Assembly (NCBI GenBank): GCA_017629595.1
Contig: JAGBWW010000027.1
Coordinates: forward strand, 1 to 43,503
Source of the DNA: Clostridia bacterium
GTDB taxonomy: Bacteria > Bacillota > Clostridia > Christensenellales > CAG-314
DNA length: 43,503 bases
Direction of reading: 5' to 3'
Both the position numbers and the translations under genes were made by a program. The notes beneath the pieces are model-generated. The model was not told the DNA's origin and did no database searches. It worked only from the letters and a program-made list of their open reading frames with translations. Shown here piece after piece: positions 28,635 through 39,113 of the stretch. Each line of letters starts with the position of its first letter. Position 1 is the first letter of the stretch.

Positions 28635-29783
28635 TTAAAACTTGAATATTTCTGCCGATGCAAGGGCTTTTTCAATCAAACCATCCACGTCAAGTCTTGC
28701 TTCAAGCTTTTGGCACACTTCCACTTTGGGACGTGTGATGGGGGACTTGGGCAAGAATATTGTACAGCAATCTTCAAAGGGTTCAATGGACGTTTCGTAG
28801 GTATCAATCTTCTTTGCAATGGTGACGATTTCTTCCTTGTCAAAACCGATCAAAGGTCTAAATGCAGGCATTGTGCAAACGGCGTTTGTGGTGGTCAAAC
28901 TTTCCAAAGTTTGACTTGCAACTTGCCCCAAACTTTCGCCTGTAATTACTGCACCACAACCTTGTCGCTTTGCAATGATTTGAGCAATGCGCATCATAAA
29001 TCTGCGAAGCAAAGTGATGGTATAACTTTCGTTGCATTTTTGGTGAATTTCCGTTTGAATTTCCGCCACGTTAATGCACTCTACGGTCAAGTGTACGCAA
29101 TACTTTGTGAGGCGTTTTGCAAGTTCAAAAACCTTTTCTCTTGCTCTATCACTTGTGTAAGGAAAGCTGTGGAAATGTACTGCATAAAGCACCATACCGC
29201 GCTTTGCCATCATGTAGCCTGCAACGGGGCTGTCAATACCACCCGAAAGCAACAACAAACCTTTTCCACCGGTGCCAACAGGCATGCCGTCAACGGCTTT
29301 TACAATGCTGTTATAGACAAAAGTTTTTCCGTTTTCTCTTACGTCAATATACACGATTTGCTCGGGTTTATGCAAATCAACAACCAAACTGTTGTCCCAA
29401 TCCAACAACATATGACCGATTTCACGAGCAATTTCCATTGAATTTAGAGGGAATGTTTTGTCGGCACGGTTGCAAACGACACGGAAGGTTTTTCCTTTTT
29501 CCACCATTGTTTTGCTTATTGCAAAAATGTTGTCCATAGATGAATCAACTTGTTGGGCAATGCTCAAAGAATAAATGCCGAAAATATTTTTTAAGGTATC
29601 AAAAATTGCTTGTTCGTCTTGGTCGTTGTAGTCTGAAATGATATATCTTGCACTGCGTTTTACCATTTTGTATTGATAAGATTTCAATGCAGTTTTGATA
29701 TTTTCCACCAAAGCACCTTCAAAATAACTTCTGTTGTTACCTTTTAAGAATATTTCTGAATATCTCAAAATAATTACTTTCAC
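28635..29783 (-). CDS. thiI: tRNA 4-thiouridine synthase ThiI (no rhodanese domain)
   Basis: THUMP domain plus PP-loop SGGIDS. GTG start overlaps the nifS stop (GTGA), with GGAG 7 nt upstream. Confidence 0.92.
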   Translation of the reverse strand: MKVIILRYSEIFLKGNNRSYFEGALVENIKTALKSYQYKMVKRSARYIISDYNDQDEQAIFDTLKNIFGIYSLSIAQQVDSSMDNIFAISKTMVEKGKTFRVVCNRADKTFPLNSMEIAREIGHMLLDWDNSLVVDLHKPEQIVYIDVRENGKTFVYNSIVKAVDGMPVGTGGKGLLLLSGGIDSPVAGYMMAKRGMVLYAVHFHSFPYTSDRAREKVFELAKRLTKYCVHLTVECINVAEIQTEIHQKCNESYTITLLRRFMMRIAQIIAKRQGCGAVITGESLGQVASQTLESLTTTNAVCTMPAFRPLIGFDKEEIVTIAKKIDTYETSIEPFEDCCTIFLPKSPITRPKVEVCQKLEARLDVDGLIEKALASAEIFKF

Positions 29784-30916
29784 TTTCTAACTCCTATAAT
29801 GTTGCGCAAAGTTTTTACTGTTTCTACAAGTTTTGACGAAACAAACTCTACTTCTTCTTTTGTCGTGTATTTGGAAAAACTTATTCGCACCAAACCTTCT
29901 TTAAAGGCGTCGGGCAAATTTAGTTGTGCGTGAACTCGCGATACTTTATATTTTGAACTACATGCAGAGCCAAGTCCAACGATTATCTTTTCTCTTTCCA
30001 ACATATGCAAAAGCACTTCCGACTTTACGTTTGCAAAAGCCAAGGTTAAAATTGCAGGGGAGCAATCTTTTTGGCAAATAACTTTTACGTTGGGCAAACC
30101 CTCAAGTTTTTCCATAAAGACTTTTTTGTATTGAGAAAAGTTTTCAATATTGTCCTTTAAGTTTTGACAAGCTATATTAACTGCCGTAGCCAAAGATACG
30201 ATGCCTGCTACGTATTCGGTGCCGTTTCGCAATCCGTTTTCTTGGCCACCACCAAAATTTTGCTGTACCAAACGCACTCCGTTCTTTACGCACAAAGCAC
30301 CAACACCTTTTGTGCCGTGAATTTTGTGAGAAGAAAAGGAATACAAATCAGCACGCAAATAATCAACGTTGACAGGGATTTTGCCCACTGCTTGAACTCC
30401 ATCGGAAAAACACAAAACACGCGAATTGATGCGTTTTACGCCCTCAAAAAGGGTTTTTATATCATTTATTGCGCCTGTTTCGTTGTTGACGTGCATACAC
30501 ACCGCCAAACAAGTGTCTTGGTCAATTAAGGACAAAAAGTGTTCAACGTCAACACTGCCGTCGTCAAAGGTTTTTGCAAACTTTACGTTTACTCCCTTTT
30601 GTTGCAACGATTGCAAACAGTTGTAAACAGCACTGTGTTCCACCATCGTTGCAACAACGTTGCCACCGTGACGGATACTGCCAAAGACTGCCATATTGTC
30701 GGCTTCGGTGCCACCACTTGTAAAAATTAGGTTGCCGGAAAAAGACAAATCTTTTTTAATTTGATTACGAGCCAAGTCAATGTCTTTTTTTACCGTCAAT
30801 GCCAAGCCGTGCAAAGAAGATGGATTGTAATAATTTTCCGTGTGATATTTGTTCAATACTTGCAACACGTTTTCGTCCACTTTTGTTGTGGCACAATTGT
30901 CAAAATAATAAATCAT
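29780..30916 (-). CDS. Cysteine desulfurase (NifS/NifZ/IscS class)
   Basis: PLP-lysine motif SSHKIHGTKG and catalytic GSACSS. Adjacent to thiI, as NifZ-ThiI is in Bacillus. Confidence 0.9.
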   Translation of the reverse strand: MIYYFDNCATTKVDENVLQVLNKYHTENYYNPSSLHGLALTVKKDIDLARNQIKKDLSFSGNLIFTSGGTEADNMAVFGSIRHGGNVVATMVEHSAVYNCLQSLQQKGVNVKFAKTFDDGSVDVEHFLSLIDQDTCLAVCMHVNNETGAINDIKTLFEGVKRINSRVLCFSDGVQAVGKIPVNVDYLRADLYSFSSHKIHGTKGVGALCVKNGVRLVQQNFGGGQENGLRNGTEYVAGIVSLATAVNIACQNLKDNIENFSQYKKVFMEKLEGLPNVKVICQKDCSPAILTLAFANVKSEVLLHMLEREKIIVGLGSACSSKYKVSRVHAQLNLPDAFKEGLVRISFSKYTTKEEVEFVSSKLVETVKTLRNIIGVRK

Positions 30917-30919
30917 GGT

Positions 30920-33289
30920 TTATTTAAGCGTAACTATGGTTACACCTTCTTCTCCTTCGCCGTACGTTCCCAAACGATACTCTTTTACGTTGGGATGTTT
31001 TGCCAAGTGAGCGCCAACTGCCTTACGCAATTTGCCCGTACCTTTGCCGTGAACAACCCAAATCATATGCAATCCGGACATAACCGCACCGTCAATAAAG
31101 GCATCAAGATTTGTCAAACCATCCATAACCGTCTGTCCAATGATATTTATTTCGGTACTTTGGTTGCGCACCTTTATTTCCGTTGATGCCGACTTTTTGT
31201 GTGTTGCCTTGGGTTTTTTGTTTTCCACAAGACAATTATAAAGATCGTCAACGTTGACGTAGGTGGTAATTGCGCCTGCCGATACGGAAACTTTGTTGTT
31301 TCTAATTTCTTTTACAACAACTTGTACGCCAAGTTTTTGCGAGAAAACTACGTCGCCCACTTTCAAAGAAGAGAGATCAACTTTGTCGCCACAAAATACC
31401 ACTTCATCTTGGTCGTCCGTTTCAAATTGTGTGTTTTGTACTTGTTTAATTTTGTTTCGTGCGTCAAAAATTTGACGTTGTTCAACGTAACCACTTTCGG
31501 CAAGATCTTTTATTTCTTTGAGAAGTTGTTTTGCCGACTCGGTTGCATCTGCAATAATTCTCTTTGCTTCGTTTTTGCTTGTTTTAAGCAATTTTTCCCG
31601 TTCAGCAGTGAGATTTTGCGTCAATTTTTGAGCATTTTGCAATTTTTCTTGCAATTCTTCACGCTCTGCAACAACCTTTTCTCTGAGTTCTTCATATTGA
31701 CGTCTTATGTTGTCGGCGTTTTGCAACACTTTTTCAAAGACAACTTTTTCGTCCGACAAACTTGCTCTTGCGTTTTCTACGACTTTTTGTTGCAAACCAA
31801 GTCGGGAAGCAATTGCAATTGCGTTTGAACTTCCGGGAACACCCATAATGAGTTTGTAGGTAGGTTCAAAGGTTTCGGGGTTAAATTCCATTGAAGCGTT
31901 TTCCACGCCAACCGTTGTCAAAGAATATTCTTTAAGTTGGCCGTAGTGGGTTGTAATAAGGCATTTTGCACCGCTTTTAAGCAAATAGTCGGTTATTGCA
32001 AGTGCCAAAGCACTGCCTTCGTTTGGCTCGGTGCCTGCGCCTACTTCGTCAATAAGCACCAAAGAGTTTTCGTTGCATTTTTCCAAAATGGAAGTAATGT
32101 TTACAATGTGCGACGAAAAAGTTGAAAGGTTTTGCGCAATGCTTTGCTCGTCGCCAATATCGCAAAAGACGTCGTCAAAATAACGAAGTTTACTACCTTC
32201 TTTTGCAGGGATATACATACCAGTCATGGCAAGAGCCGTAAGCAAACCAACCGTTTTTAACGTTACCGTTTTACCACCCGTGTTGGGACCCGTGATTACA
32301 ACAATACCAACGTCTTCTTTCAAAGAAAAAGTAACGGGAACAACTTTTTTGGCATCAATGAGTGGATGACGAGCCGATTTAAGCACAATATCGCCCTTTT
32401 CGGAAAGTTTGGGCAAAGTTGCTTTAACTTTGTCGGCATAATGCACCTTGGCAAAAACGACGTCCAAATCTGTGATTATTTGTCGGTTTTGCAACAAACT
32501 TGATGCGTTGGGGGCAACTTTTTCGGTAAATTCTTGCAAAATGCGATGAATTTCCGCCTTTTCTTCCAAAAGAGTTTCTCTTAATTTGTTGTTAAGTTGC
32601 ACGATTGCCATAGGTTCAATGTAAACGGTTGAACCACTTGCACTTTGGTCGTGAATAATACCACTCACCAAATTCTTGAATTCTGCCTTAACGGGAATTA
32701 CGTAACGATCGTCACGCAAAGTAACTATGGCATCTTGCAAATACTTTGAACTTTCTCCTCGACGTGTGTAGGAAGCAAGTTTTTGTTTGATATCGGCGTT
32801 TTTTTGTTTTATATTTTTACTAATTGTAAAAAGAGTAGGCGACGCTTTGTCGTTGATTTCTTCGTCCGATAGGATGCAAAAATCAATATCTTCTTCCAAA
32901 GGCTTGTTTTCATACAAAAGAGTTGCTTTTGCTTGTAAAATGGAAGTGTCTATTTCGTCAAATTGTGCCGACAACACCTTCTTAATATGGCGAGATGCCG
33001 AAAGTTGTCGTTTAATTTTCAAAAGTTGACCACAAGACAGTGTTGAATAAATTTTCGCTTGCAAGCAAATTTCTTCAATTTCATCAATGGAAAGGTCCAA
33101 ATGAACGTCCAATCTAAACAAATCTGTGGCTTGTCTTGTTGTTTGCAAGGACAAATCGGCATCGGAAAAGGATGTTGCAGGAAGAGATTGCAACACCTTT
33201 TTTCTTGCAGGGGCACTGTGGGTGAAGGTGGCAACCTGACCCAAAACAACGCCATATTCCAATTTGTCCAGAGTTTTTTGTAAAATCAT
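30920..33289 (-). CDS. mutS2: Endonuclease MutS2 (MutS ATPase + C-terminal Smr domain)
   Basis: Walker A GPNTGGKTV and a C-terminal Smr domain (VVHGKGTGKLR). Confidence 0.95.
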   Translation of the reverse strand: MILQKTLDKLEYGVVLGQVATFTHSAPARKKVLQSLPATSFSDADLSLQTTRQATDLFRLDVHLDLSIDEIEEICLQAKIYSTLSCGQLLKIKRQLSASRHIKKVLSAQFDEIDTSILQAKATLLYENKPLEEDIDFCILSDEEINDKASPTLFTISKNIKQKNADIKQKLASYTRRGESSKYLQDAIVTLRDDRYVIPVKAEFKNLVSGIIHDQSASGSTVYIEPMAIVQLNNKLRETLLEEKAEIHRILQEFTEKVAPNASSLLQNRQIITDLDVVFAKVHYADKVKATLPKLSEKGDIVLKSARHPLIDAKKVVPVTFSLKEDVGIVVITGPNTGGKTVTLKTVGLLTALAMTGMYIPAKEGSKLRYFDDVFCDIGDEQSIAQNLSTFSSHIVNITSILEKCNENSLVLIDEVGAGTEPNEGSALALAITDYLLKSGAKCLITTHYGQLKEYSLTTVGVENASMEFNPETFEPTYKLIMGVPGSSNAIAIASRLGLQQKVVENARASLSDEKVVFEKVLQNADNIRRQYEELREKVVAEREELQEKLQNAQKLTQNLTAEREKLLKTSKNEAKRIIADATESAKQLLKEIKDLAESGYVEQRQIFDARNKIKQVQNTQFETDDQDEVVFCGDKVDLSSLKVGDVVFSQKLGVQVVVKEIRNNKVSVSAGAITTYVNVDDLYNCLVENKKPKATHKKSASTEIKVRNQSTEINIIGQTVMDGLTNLDAFIDGAVMSGLHMIWVVHGKGTGKLRKAVGAHLAKHPNVKEYRLGTYGEGEEGVTIVTLK

Positions 33290-35676
33290 TAACTTCTTAA
33301 TACTGCTCCAAATTTGTCTTTAAGTGCCTTCAAGCAAACGGAAACTTGTTCTTCAATTTCAGTATCTTTCAAAGTTTTCGTATTATCTCTAAATCTTACC
33401 GTAATTGCCAAACTCTTGTTGTTTGCGCCAAGGCTTTCGTGACGATATACGTCAAATAATTGAGCGTATTCGCACAAAGAACATACGTTTTTGATTTCGT
33501 CCAACACGTCTTGTGCCAAAACGTCTTCAGACATAACCAATGCAAAGTCACGGTCCACAGGGGGATATTTTGCAAAGGTTTGATATTTGAATTTATCGTT
33601 TTTAAGTGTGTACAAGGTGTCAAAATCAAGTTGCGCAACGTAACCGTCCACTGCCAAACCAAAGTTTTTGCAAATTGTGGGGTGTACTTTGCCAAAGAAT
33701 CCAACGTATTTACCATCAACAAAAACGTCAGCGGAAATACCGGGATGCAAAAATTCAACTTTACTTCTTTCAAGGTGAACTTTTTGCACAAATCCATCAA
33801 GCAAAGTCAAAACGTCGCATTTGAAAGAATCAAAATTGACCGTTTCGCCACTTGCGAACATTGAAATGCCTTTCTTTTCGTCGGGCAATTCTTCCAAAGG
33901 AAGCGATTTTGCAAGATAAATTGCACCATATTCGTACAATTTGAGATCAAGATTTTTGCGCTTGTGGTTGAGAGAAGCGCATTGCAATATGTCTGCACAC
34001 ATCGTCGTGCGCATTGCAGACAATTCTTCGCCCAAAGGGTTGAGCAATTTGATATTGTGCGACATATCGTATCCGTTCAAAGACAATTTGTCGTAAAGCC
34101 CTTTGCCACCGAAAGGATAGAAAATACATTGGTTGTAGCGCATACCCGTCAAAATGCCGTGGCAGTTGTCAACAAACAAGTCTTTTTGGTTTTTGCCACC
34201 AAAGGTAATGTGAGAGTTTTCCAACATTGTGCCCGAGATATTGTCATAGCCATATACACGAATAATTTCTTCAATGATATCGCAATATCTAACAAGGTCT
34301 GTTCTGTAAGGGGGAACTGTGCAAACAATTTCCTTGCCTTTGTATTCTACTTCAACGTTGAGACTGTTCAAAATCTTTTTGACTGTGCGTTTATCAATTT
34401 CAATGCCCAAAAGTTGTTTGATGCGAGAATAGTTAAATGCAATGGTTTGATTGAAAGGTTTTTCGTCAACTTTTGCAATGCGACCTTTTACAATTGTGCC
34501 ACAACCAAGTTGTTGTACCAAGTGAAGGGCACGGTCAAGGCCAAGTTGAACGGAATATACGTCAACACCCTTTTCAAAACGTGCCGAAGAGTCGGAACGA
34601 AGTCCCAAATCACGACTGCTGTGTCTAATGTTATCGTGAGCAAACTTTGCAGCTTCAAATACCACCAATTCAGTTTGGGGTTTAATTCCTGAGTTTGCAC
34701 CACCCATAATGCCTGCAAGACCAACGGGACGTGTTTTGTCAGCAATTACAAGGTTTTTGTTTGTAAGTTTGTATTCTTTTCCGTCCAAAGGAATAATCGT
34801 TTCGCCTTCGTTTGCACGACGAACAATAATCGTTTTGTCGCACAAGTCGCTTTCGTCAAAGGCGTGCATGGGTTGTCCAACTTCCATCAAAACGTAGTTA
34901 GTGACGTCAACCATATTGGAAATGCCGTGCAAACCGATTTTTGCCAAACGGCTTGTCATCCACAAGGGGGACTCTTGAATTTTAACGTTTTTTACCGCGT
35001 GCATAAAGTATGCAGGACATAAATCTGGAGCAGTAACTTCAACGTCAACGTATTGAGCAATGTCGCCGTCTTCTTCAGTGTAAGAAACGTCCAAGGGTTT
35101 GACCTTTTTGCCAAGTGCTACGGCAATTTCCCTTGCAATGCCGTAAACGCTATTGCAATCGGGACGGTTGCTTGTTACGCAAACGTCAATTACGTAGTCG
35201 TCTATTCCAACTTCTTTTCTTACGTCTTGACCGACAACTGCACTTTCTCTCAAAACCAAAACACCGTCAACGTCTCCGTTGGGGTAATAGTCTTTTGTAA
35301 TACCCAATTCTTCGGGACCACAAAACATACCGTCAGAGTGTACGCCACGCAAAGGACCTGCAGTAATGTGTTGACCTGTTGCCAAGTTTGCGCCAGATAA
35401 TGCTACGGGAACTTTATCGCCCACTTTGACCGTTTTGGAGTTGGTAACAATTTGAATTTTACTTGTTTTTACGTCAACTTGGCACACCACCAACTTGTCT
35501 GCGTTGGGGTGCTGTTCAATAGACAAAATTTGACCAACAACCGTGTTGGTTACGTTTTCGCCAAGATAGCAAACTTCTTCAATTTCCAAGCCGATTGCTA
35601 CCATTTTTTCGCATAATGTATCTATATCTACGTTGATATCAACGTATTCTTTTAACCATGAAATAGGTGCTTTCAC
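33289..35676 (-). CDS. pheT: Phenylalanine--tRNA ligase beta subunit
   Basis: 795 aa with MKAPISWLKEY N-terminus, B3/4, B5 and FDX-ACB domains. Confidence 0.97.
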   Translation of the reverse strand: MKAPISWLKEYVDINVDIDTLCEKMVAIGLEIEEVCYLGENVTNTVVGQILSIEQHPNADKLVVCQVDVKTSKIQIVTNSKTVKVGDKVPVALSGANLATGQHITAGPLRGVHSDGMFCGPEELGITKDYYPNGDVDGVLVLRESAVVGQDVRKEVGIDDYVIDVCVTSNRPDCNSVYGIAREIAVALGKKVKPLDVSYTEEDGDIAQYVDVEVTAPDLCPAYFMHAVKNVKIQESPLWMTSRLAKIGLHGISNMVDVTNYVLMEVGQPMHAFDESDLCDKTIIVRRANEGETIIPLDGKEYKLTNKNLVIADKTRPVGLAGIMGGANSGIKPQTELVVFEAAKFAHDNIRHSSRDLGLRSDSSARFEKGVDVYSVQLGLDRALHLVQQLGCGTIVKGRIAKVDEKPFNQTIAFNYSRIKQLLGIEIDKRTVKKILNSLNVEVEYKGKEIVCTVPPYRTDLVRYCDIIEEIIRVYGYDNISGTMLENSHITFGGKNQKDLFVDNCHGILTGMRYNQCIFYPFGGKGLYDKLSLNGYDMSHNIKLLNPLGEELSAMRTTMCADILQCASLNHKRKNLDLKLYEYGAIYLAKSLPLEELPDEKKGISMFASGETVNFDSFKCDVLTLLDGFVQKVHLERSKVEFLHPGISADVFVDGKYVGFFGKVHPTICKNFGLAVDGYVAQLDFDTLYTLKNDKFKYQTFAKYPPVDRDFALVMSEDVLAQDVLDEIKNVCSLCEYAQLFDVYRHESLGANNKSLAITVRFRDNTKTLKDTEIEEQVSVCLKALKDKFGAVLRS

Positions 35677-35692
35677 TGTTTATTCCTCCTTG

Positions 35693-36712
35693 TTACTTTT
35701 TGAATTGTTTCAAGAAACGAATATCGTTTTCAAAGAACAATCTAATGTCAGGAATGCCATATTTTATCATTGCCATTCTTTCAATGCCAAAACCGAAAGC
35801 ATAACCTGTATATTTGTTGCTGTCAATGCCACAATTTTCCAAAACGAAGGGGTTGACCATACCTGCGCCCAAAACTTCAATCCAACCTGTGCCTTTGCAC
35901 AAAGAACAACCTTTTCCGTGGCAGTTGCAACACGTCAAGTCAACTTCTACGCTGGGTTCGGTGAAGGGGAAGTAAGAAGGACGGAATCTAACTTGTGTTT
36001 GTTCGTCAAACAAACGTTGTGCAACGTATTCCAACGTACCTTTCAAGTCACGAAGGGTAATGTCGGTATCTACAACCAAGCCTTCAATTTGGTGGAATAC
36101 GGGGGAGTGAGATGCGTCCGAGTCAGCACGGAATACCTTGCCGGGGCAAAGCATTTTGATGGGAGGACCTTTCTTTTCCATAAGACGTGCTTGCATTGCA
36201 GACGTTTGTGTGCGCAACAAAATGTTATCGTTGATGTAGAAAGTGTCTTGCATATCTCTTGAAGGGTGTTCCAAAGGAATATTCAAAGCTTGGAAGTTGT
36301 AATAGTCAGTTTCAAGTTCGGGACCTTCGCAAACTTCAAAACCAATGCCCTTAAACAAGTCAATGATTTCGTCTTTTACCTTGTCAATGGGGTGTCTTGT
36401 TCCCCATTGTTGACCGTTTAAAAGACTGATGTCAATTTGTTCTGCTTTGAGTTTGTTTTCCAATTCCACTTGAGCAAACTTTTCTTCCGTTTCTGCAAGT
36501 TGAACTTCCACGCCTTTTCTCAAATCGTTGATCATGTTGCCGACTGATGCTCTATCTTGAGGAGCAACGTCTTTGATTTGTCTCAAAAGACCGGTTACAA
36601 CACCACTTTTGCCTACGTATTTTACACGTAATTCTTGCAAATTTGCAACCGACGTGGCGTTTTGCAATTCTTGTGCGAATTCTTGTTTGATGTTTTCAAT
36701 TTGTTGCTTCAT
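35693..36712 (-). CDS. pheS: Phenylalanine--tRNA ligase alpha subunit
   Basis: Class II aaRS motifs. I chose the ATG at 36712 (GGAG upstream); the ORF-track start at 36772 lies inside the T-box terminator region. Confidence 0.96.
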   Translation of the reverse strand: MKQQIENIKQEFAQELQNATSVANLQELRVKYVGKSGVVTGLLRQIKDVAPQDRASVGNMINDLRKGVEVQLAETEEKFAQVELENKLKAEQIDISLLNGQQWGTRHPIDKVKDEIIDLFKGIGFEVCEGPELETDYYNFQALNIPLEHPSRDMQDTFYINDNILLRTQTSAMQARLMEKKGPPIKMLCPGKVFRADSDASHSPVFHQIEGLVVDTDITLRDLKGTLEYVAQRLFDEQTQVRFRPSYFPFTEPSVEVDLTCCNCHGKGCSLCKGTGWIEVLGAGMVNPFVLENCGIDSNKYTGYAFGFGIERMAMIKYGIPDIRLFFENDIRFLKQFKK

Positions 36713-36721
36713 AATTTTTCT

Positions 36722-36981
36722 CCAAAATATAAAATGCCCCGATGCATATTGCATCAGGGCGAATATTTGCATAGTTTCGCGGTACCACCTGAATTTGACT
36801 TATAAAAAAGTCCTCGTTAAAAGTTTTTACGCAACTTATACGGCAATGACTACTTAATAAACTGTTCACCACTGCGACTACAAAGTGAATATCTTTTTGT
36901 TGCACCGACAGCCTTGCACCAAACGGCTGTTCTCTAAAATTCGGTTGTCAACAAACTCTTGTGCTTTGTCACCGTCTTTAC
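36722..36981 (-). promoter_or_regulatory. T-box leader, Phe-specific (specifier UUC), with terminator/antiterminator
   Basis: Minus-strand T-box sequence AATTCAGGTGGTACCGCG at 36795-36778. The stem I base ACAAAG/CTTTGT encloses an AGAGA bulge and a GGTGCAA distal loop. The specifier loop ends ...ATATTCA with UUC at 36889-36887 followed by a purine. Terminator GCCCTGATGC/GCATCGGGGC at 36760-36736, then a T-run. Confidence 0.88.
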
Positions 36982-36987
36982 CCGCTT

Positions 36988-37016
36988 ATTATAACAAGGC
37001 AAGACTTTTTTGGCAA
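36988..37016 (-). promoter_or_regulatory. pheST promoter TTGCCA-17-TATAAT
   Basis: On the minus strand, TTGCCA at 37016-37011, a 17-nt spacer, then TATAAT at 36993-36988. Confidence 0.6.
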
Positions 37017-37020
37017 CTGT

Positions 37021-37692
37021 TTAACTGCTACTGCCCAAGGTAATACCCGACAAATAGGTGTCGGGAACTTGCCCAACGATGAGCGTTTCGGACAAAAGCA
37101 CGGGGGTTGTCGTTTCCACCGTTGAAGACATCAATGGAATTGCAACTTCCACCTTTGTTTCCACCTCAACGTACACTCTTTGCAGAGTTTGATTTATTCC
37201 ACAAGACACAAAATCGGTGGTTATCGTACACAAAACGGAGGAAATTGGGTTTACGACAAACACAACGTCCGGTCCCCATCCAACAAGCATAGGAGAGTGA
37301 GAAAGGGTGCCAATTGGTATGGCAATTTCAAACTCGTTTATGTCGTTTATTTCTTGTTGAACGGACAAAGAAATTTGTGTCGCAATATTGTTTATTTGTG
37401 AACTGTCAAACCTAACCGACATTATTCGGTTTTGTTCGTCACGTTCAATTTGCACTATTTCGTCCAATTTTTGATTGTTTCCCACCACCGAAATTACGGC
37501 GTTGTTAACACATTTTACTGATAAAGCTTGCACTTCGGCTTGACAAACGGTCATTGCGTTGGGATAACAAATTTGTCTAAAATACAAGGATACAATAAAA
37601 GTAATAAACAAAATCACAAGTACGGCGCAAAGAACTTTTGCTCCGTACTTATTTTTGGGTTTTACAACTTTATAATAGGACACGTTTTGCAC
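37021..37692 (-). CDS. yunB: Sporulation protein YunB
   Basis: N-terminal TM helix plus the YunB-family core (GINQTLQRVYVEVETKVEVAIP...TTPVLLSETLIVGQVPDTY). The start is GTG at 37692, or more likely GTG at 37683 preceded by AAGGTG. Confidence 0.8.
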   Translation of the reverse strand: MQNVSYYKVVKPKNKYGAKVLCAVLVILFITFIVSLYFRQICYPNAMTVCQAEVQALSVKCVNNAVISVVGNNQKLDEIVQIERDEQNRIMSVRFDSSQINNIATQISLSVQQEINDINEFEIAIPIGTLSHSPMLVGWGPDVVFVVNPISSVLCTITTDFVSCGINQTLQRVYVEVETKVEVAIPLMSSTVETTTPVLLSETLIVGQVPDTYLSGITLGSSS

Positions 37693-37730
37693 CTTATTAT
37701 CTAATTATATGCAAAATGGTACAAATTTGG

Positions 37731-38096
37731 TTACATTTTTTTGGTTTTGGGTGTAAACAGCAATGCCACAACGTAACCAAACACGATGGCAACGCTTACG
37801 CCAAGTGCCGTTGCTTGCAAACCACCCAAAAACGCGCCGATTACTCCGTTTCTTTCGGACGCTTCAACAGCACCCTTTACAAGTGATGCACCAAATCCCG
37901 AGATAGGAATTGAAGCCCCTGCGCCTGCAAATTCCAACAAAGGTTGATAAAGACCCAAACCTTGCAAAATCGCACCGGCAATCAAAAATATTACCAAAAT
38001 TTTTCCGTTTGTTAGGTGTGTAAAGTTTATTACAATTTGACCAATCATACAAATTGTTCCACCCACCAAAAATGCTTTTACAAATGTCAATAACAT
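37731..38096 (-). CDS. spoVAE: Stage V sporulation protein AE (SpoVAEb type)
   Basis: SpoVAC/SpoVAEB family (FLVGGTICMIGQ, GAGASIPISGFG). Third gene of the AC-AD-AE triplet. Confidence 0.88.
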   Translation of the reverse strand: MLLTFVKAFLVGGTICMIGQIVINFTHLTNGKILVIFLIAGAILQGLGLYQPLLEFAGAGASIPISGFGASLVKGAVEASERNGVIGAFLGGLQATALGVSVAIVFGYVVALLFTPKTKKM

Positions 38097-38104
38097 AACT
38101 TTTC

Positions 38105-39112
38105 CTACCTAGAAATTTCTACTAAATGCGCAACGGCAGCAATGGAATCCCCTTGAAACTGCACCGTTGAACTCATCAATGCACCCGTGCCAACAAGCAA
38201 CATTTTTTTGATGTTGCCTTGACGAATATTGCTCAAAAACAACGCGTTAAAGCCCAATGCAGAACACGCAGGACCCGAGCCACCTTGATAGGTTTTTTGA
38301 TCGTCAAAAAACAACATTGCGCCACAATCGGCATAGTTGTCGCTTACGTCATAACCCTTTTGGCTCATCAAATCTATCAAAATGTCCTTGCCAAGTTTGC
38401 CCAAATCGCCTGTAACTATTAAATCGTAGTCACTTGGTTTTGTGTTGGTGCGTTCAAAATACGTCACCAAAGTGTCACAAGCAGCGGGTGCCATTGCAGC
38501 TCCCATGTTGTTGATGTCCATAATGCCATAGTCAATTACACGTCCAAACATACCACGAGTAACTTTGGGCAAATCGTCTTTTTCCGACTGCAAAACGGTT
38601 GCTCCCACACCCGTTACCGTCCATTGAGTCATAGGCGAACGCAAAACACCCAATTCCAAAGGGTATCTATACTGCCTTTCGACCGTGGAAAAGTGACTGC
38701 CCGAGACACAAAGTGCCGTTCGCGCTCCGCTTTGAAGAAGGCTTGACGCAACAATTAAGCTTTCAACGTAAGTTGCGCAAGCATTGTACAATCCAACGTA
38801 TCCACAATGGAATTTTCTACAAGCATAAGATGCCGAAACGTTTTGATTGAGAATATCGCCACCCAAAATGTAGTCAATATCTCTCGTTTGCATATTAGCT
38901 TTGGAAATTGCTCCTGAAATGCAGTGTTCAAACATTTTTCGCTCGGCTCTTTCAAACGTAGTTTGACCAAACATATCGTCTTTAAGCGCCATGTCAAAGG
39001 TTGCATGAAGTCGTCCATCGTTTTCTTTTGGGCCGGCAATTGTGTAACCTTCTACGATATAACTTTTGTCAAAATTTAATATGCGATTTTCCAAATAGTA
39101 TCTATCAAGCAT
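38105..39112 (-). CDS. spoVAD: Stage V sporulation protein AD
   Basis: 335 aa thiolase/KAS-like fold of SpoVAD, located between spoVAC and spoVAE. TAG stop. Confidence 0.9.
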   Translation of the reverse strand: MLDRYYLENRILNFDKSYIVEGYTIAGPKENDGRLHATFDMALKDDMFGQTTFERAERKMFEHCISGAISKANMQTRDIDYILGGDILNQNVSASYACRKFHCGYVGLYNACATYVESLIVASSLLQSGARTALCVSGSHFSTVERQYRYPLELGVLRSPMTQWTVTGVGATVLQSEKDDLPKVTRGMFGRVIDYGIMDINNMGAAMAPAACDTLVTYFERTNTKPSDYDLIVTGDLGKLGKDILIDLMSQKGYDVSDNYADCGAMLFFDDQKTYQGGSGPACSALGFNALFLSNIRQGNIKKMLLVGTGALMSSTVQFQGDSIAAVAHLVEISR

Positions 39113-39113
39113 T

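Noticed and set aside
36713-36772. N-terminal extensions in the ORF track: pheS to 36772, deaminase to 42967, pnp to 15136, rny to 3635, ftsK to 10798, sigF to 40493
   Set aside because: Each extension lacks an RBS. It overlaps a leader, terminator, T-box or upstream gene, while an internal ATG has a well-spaced GGAG-type site and matches homologue N-termini.
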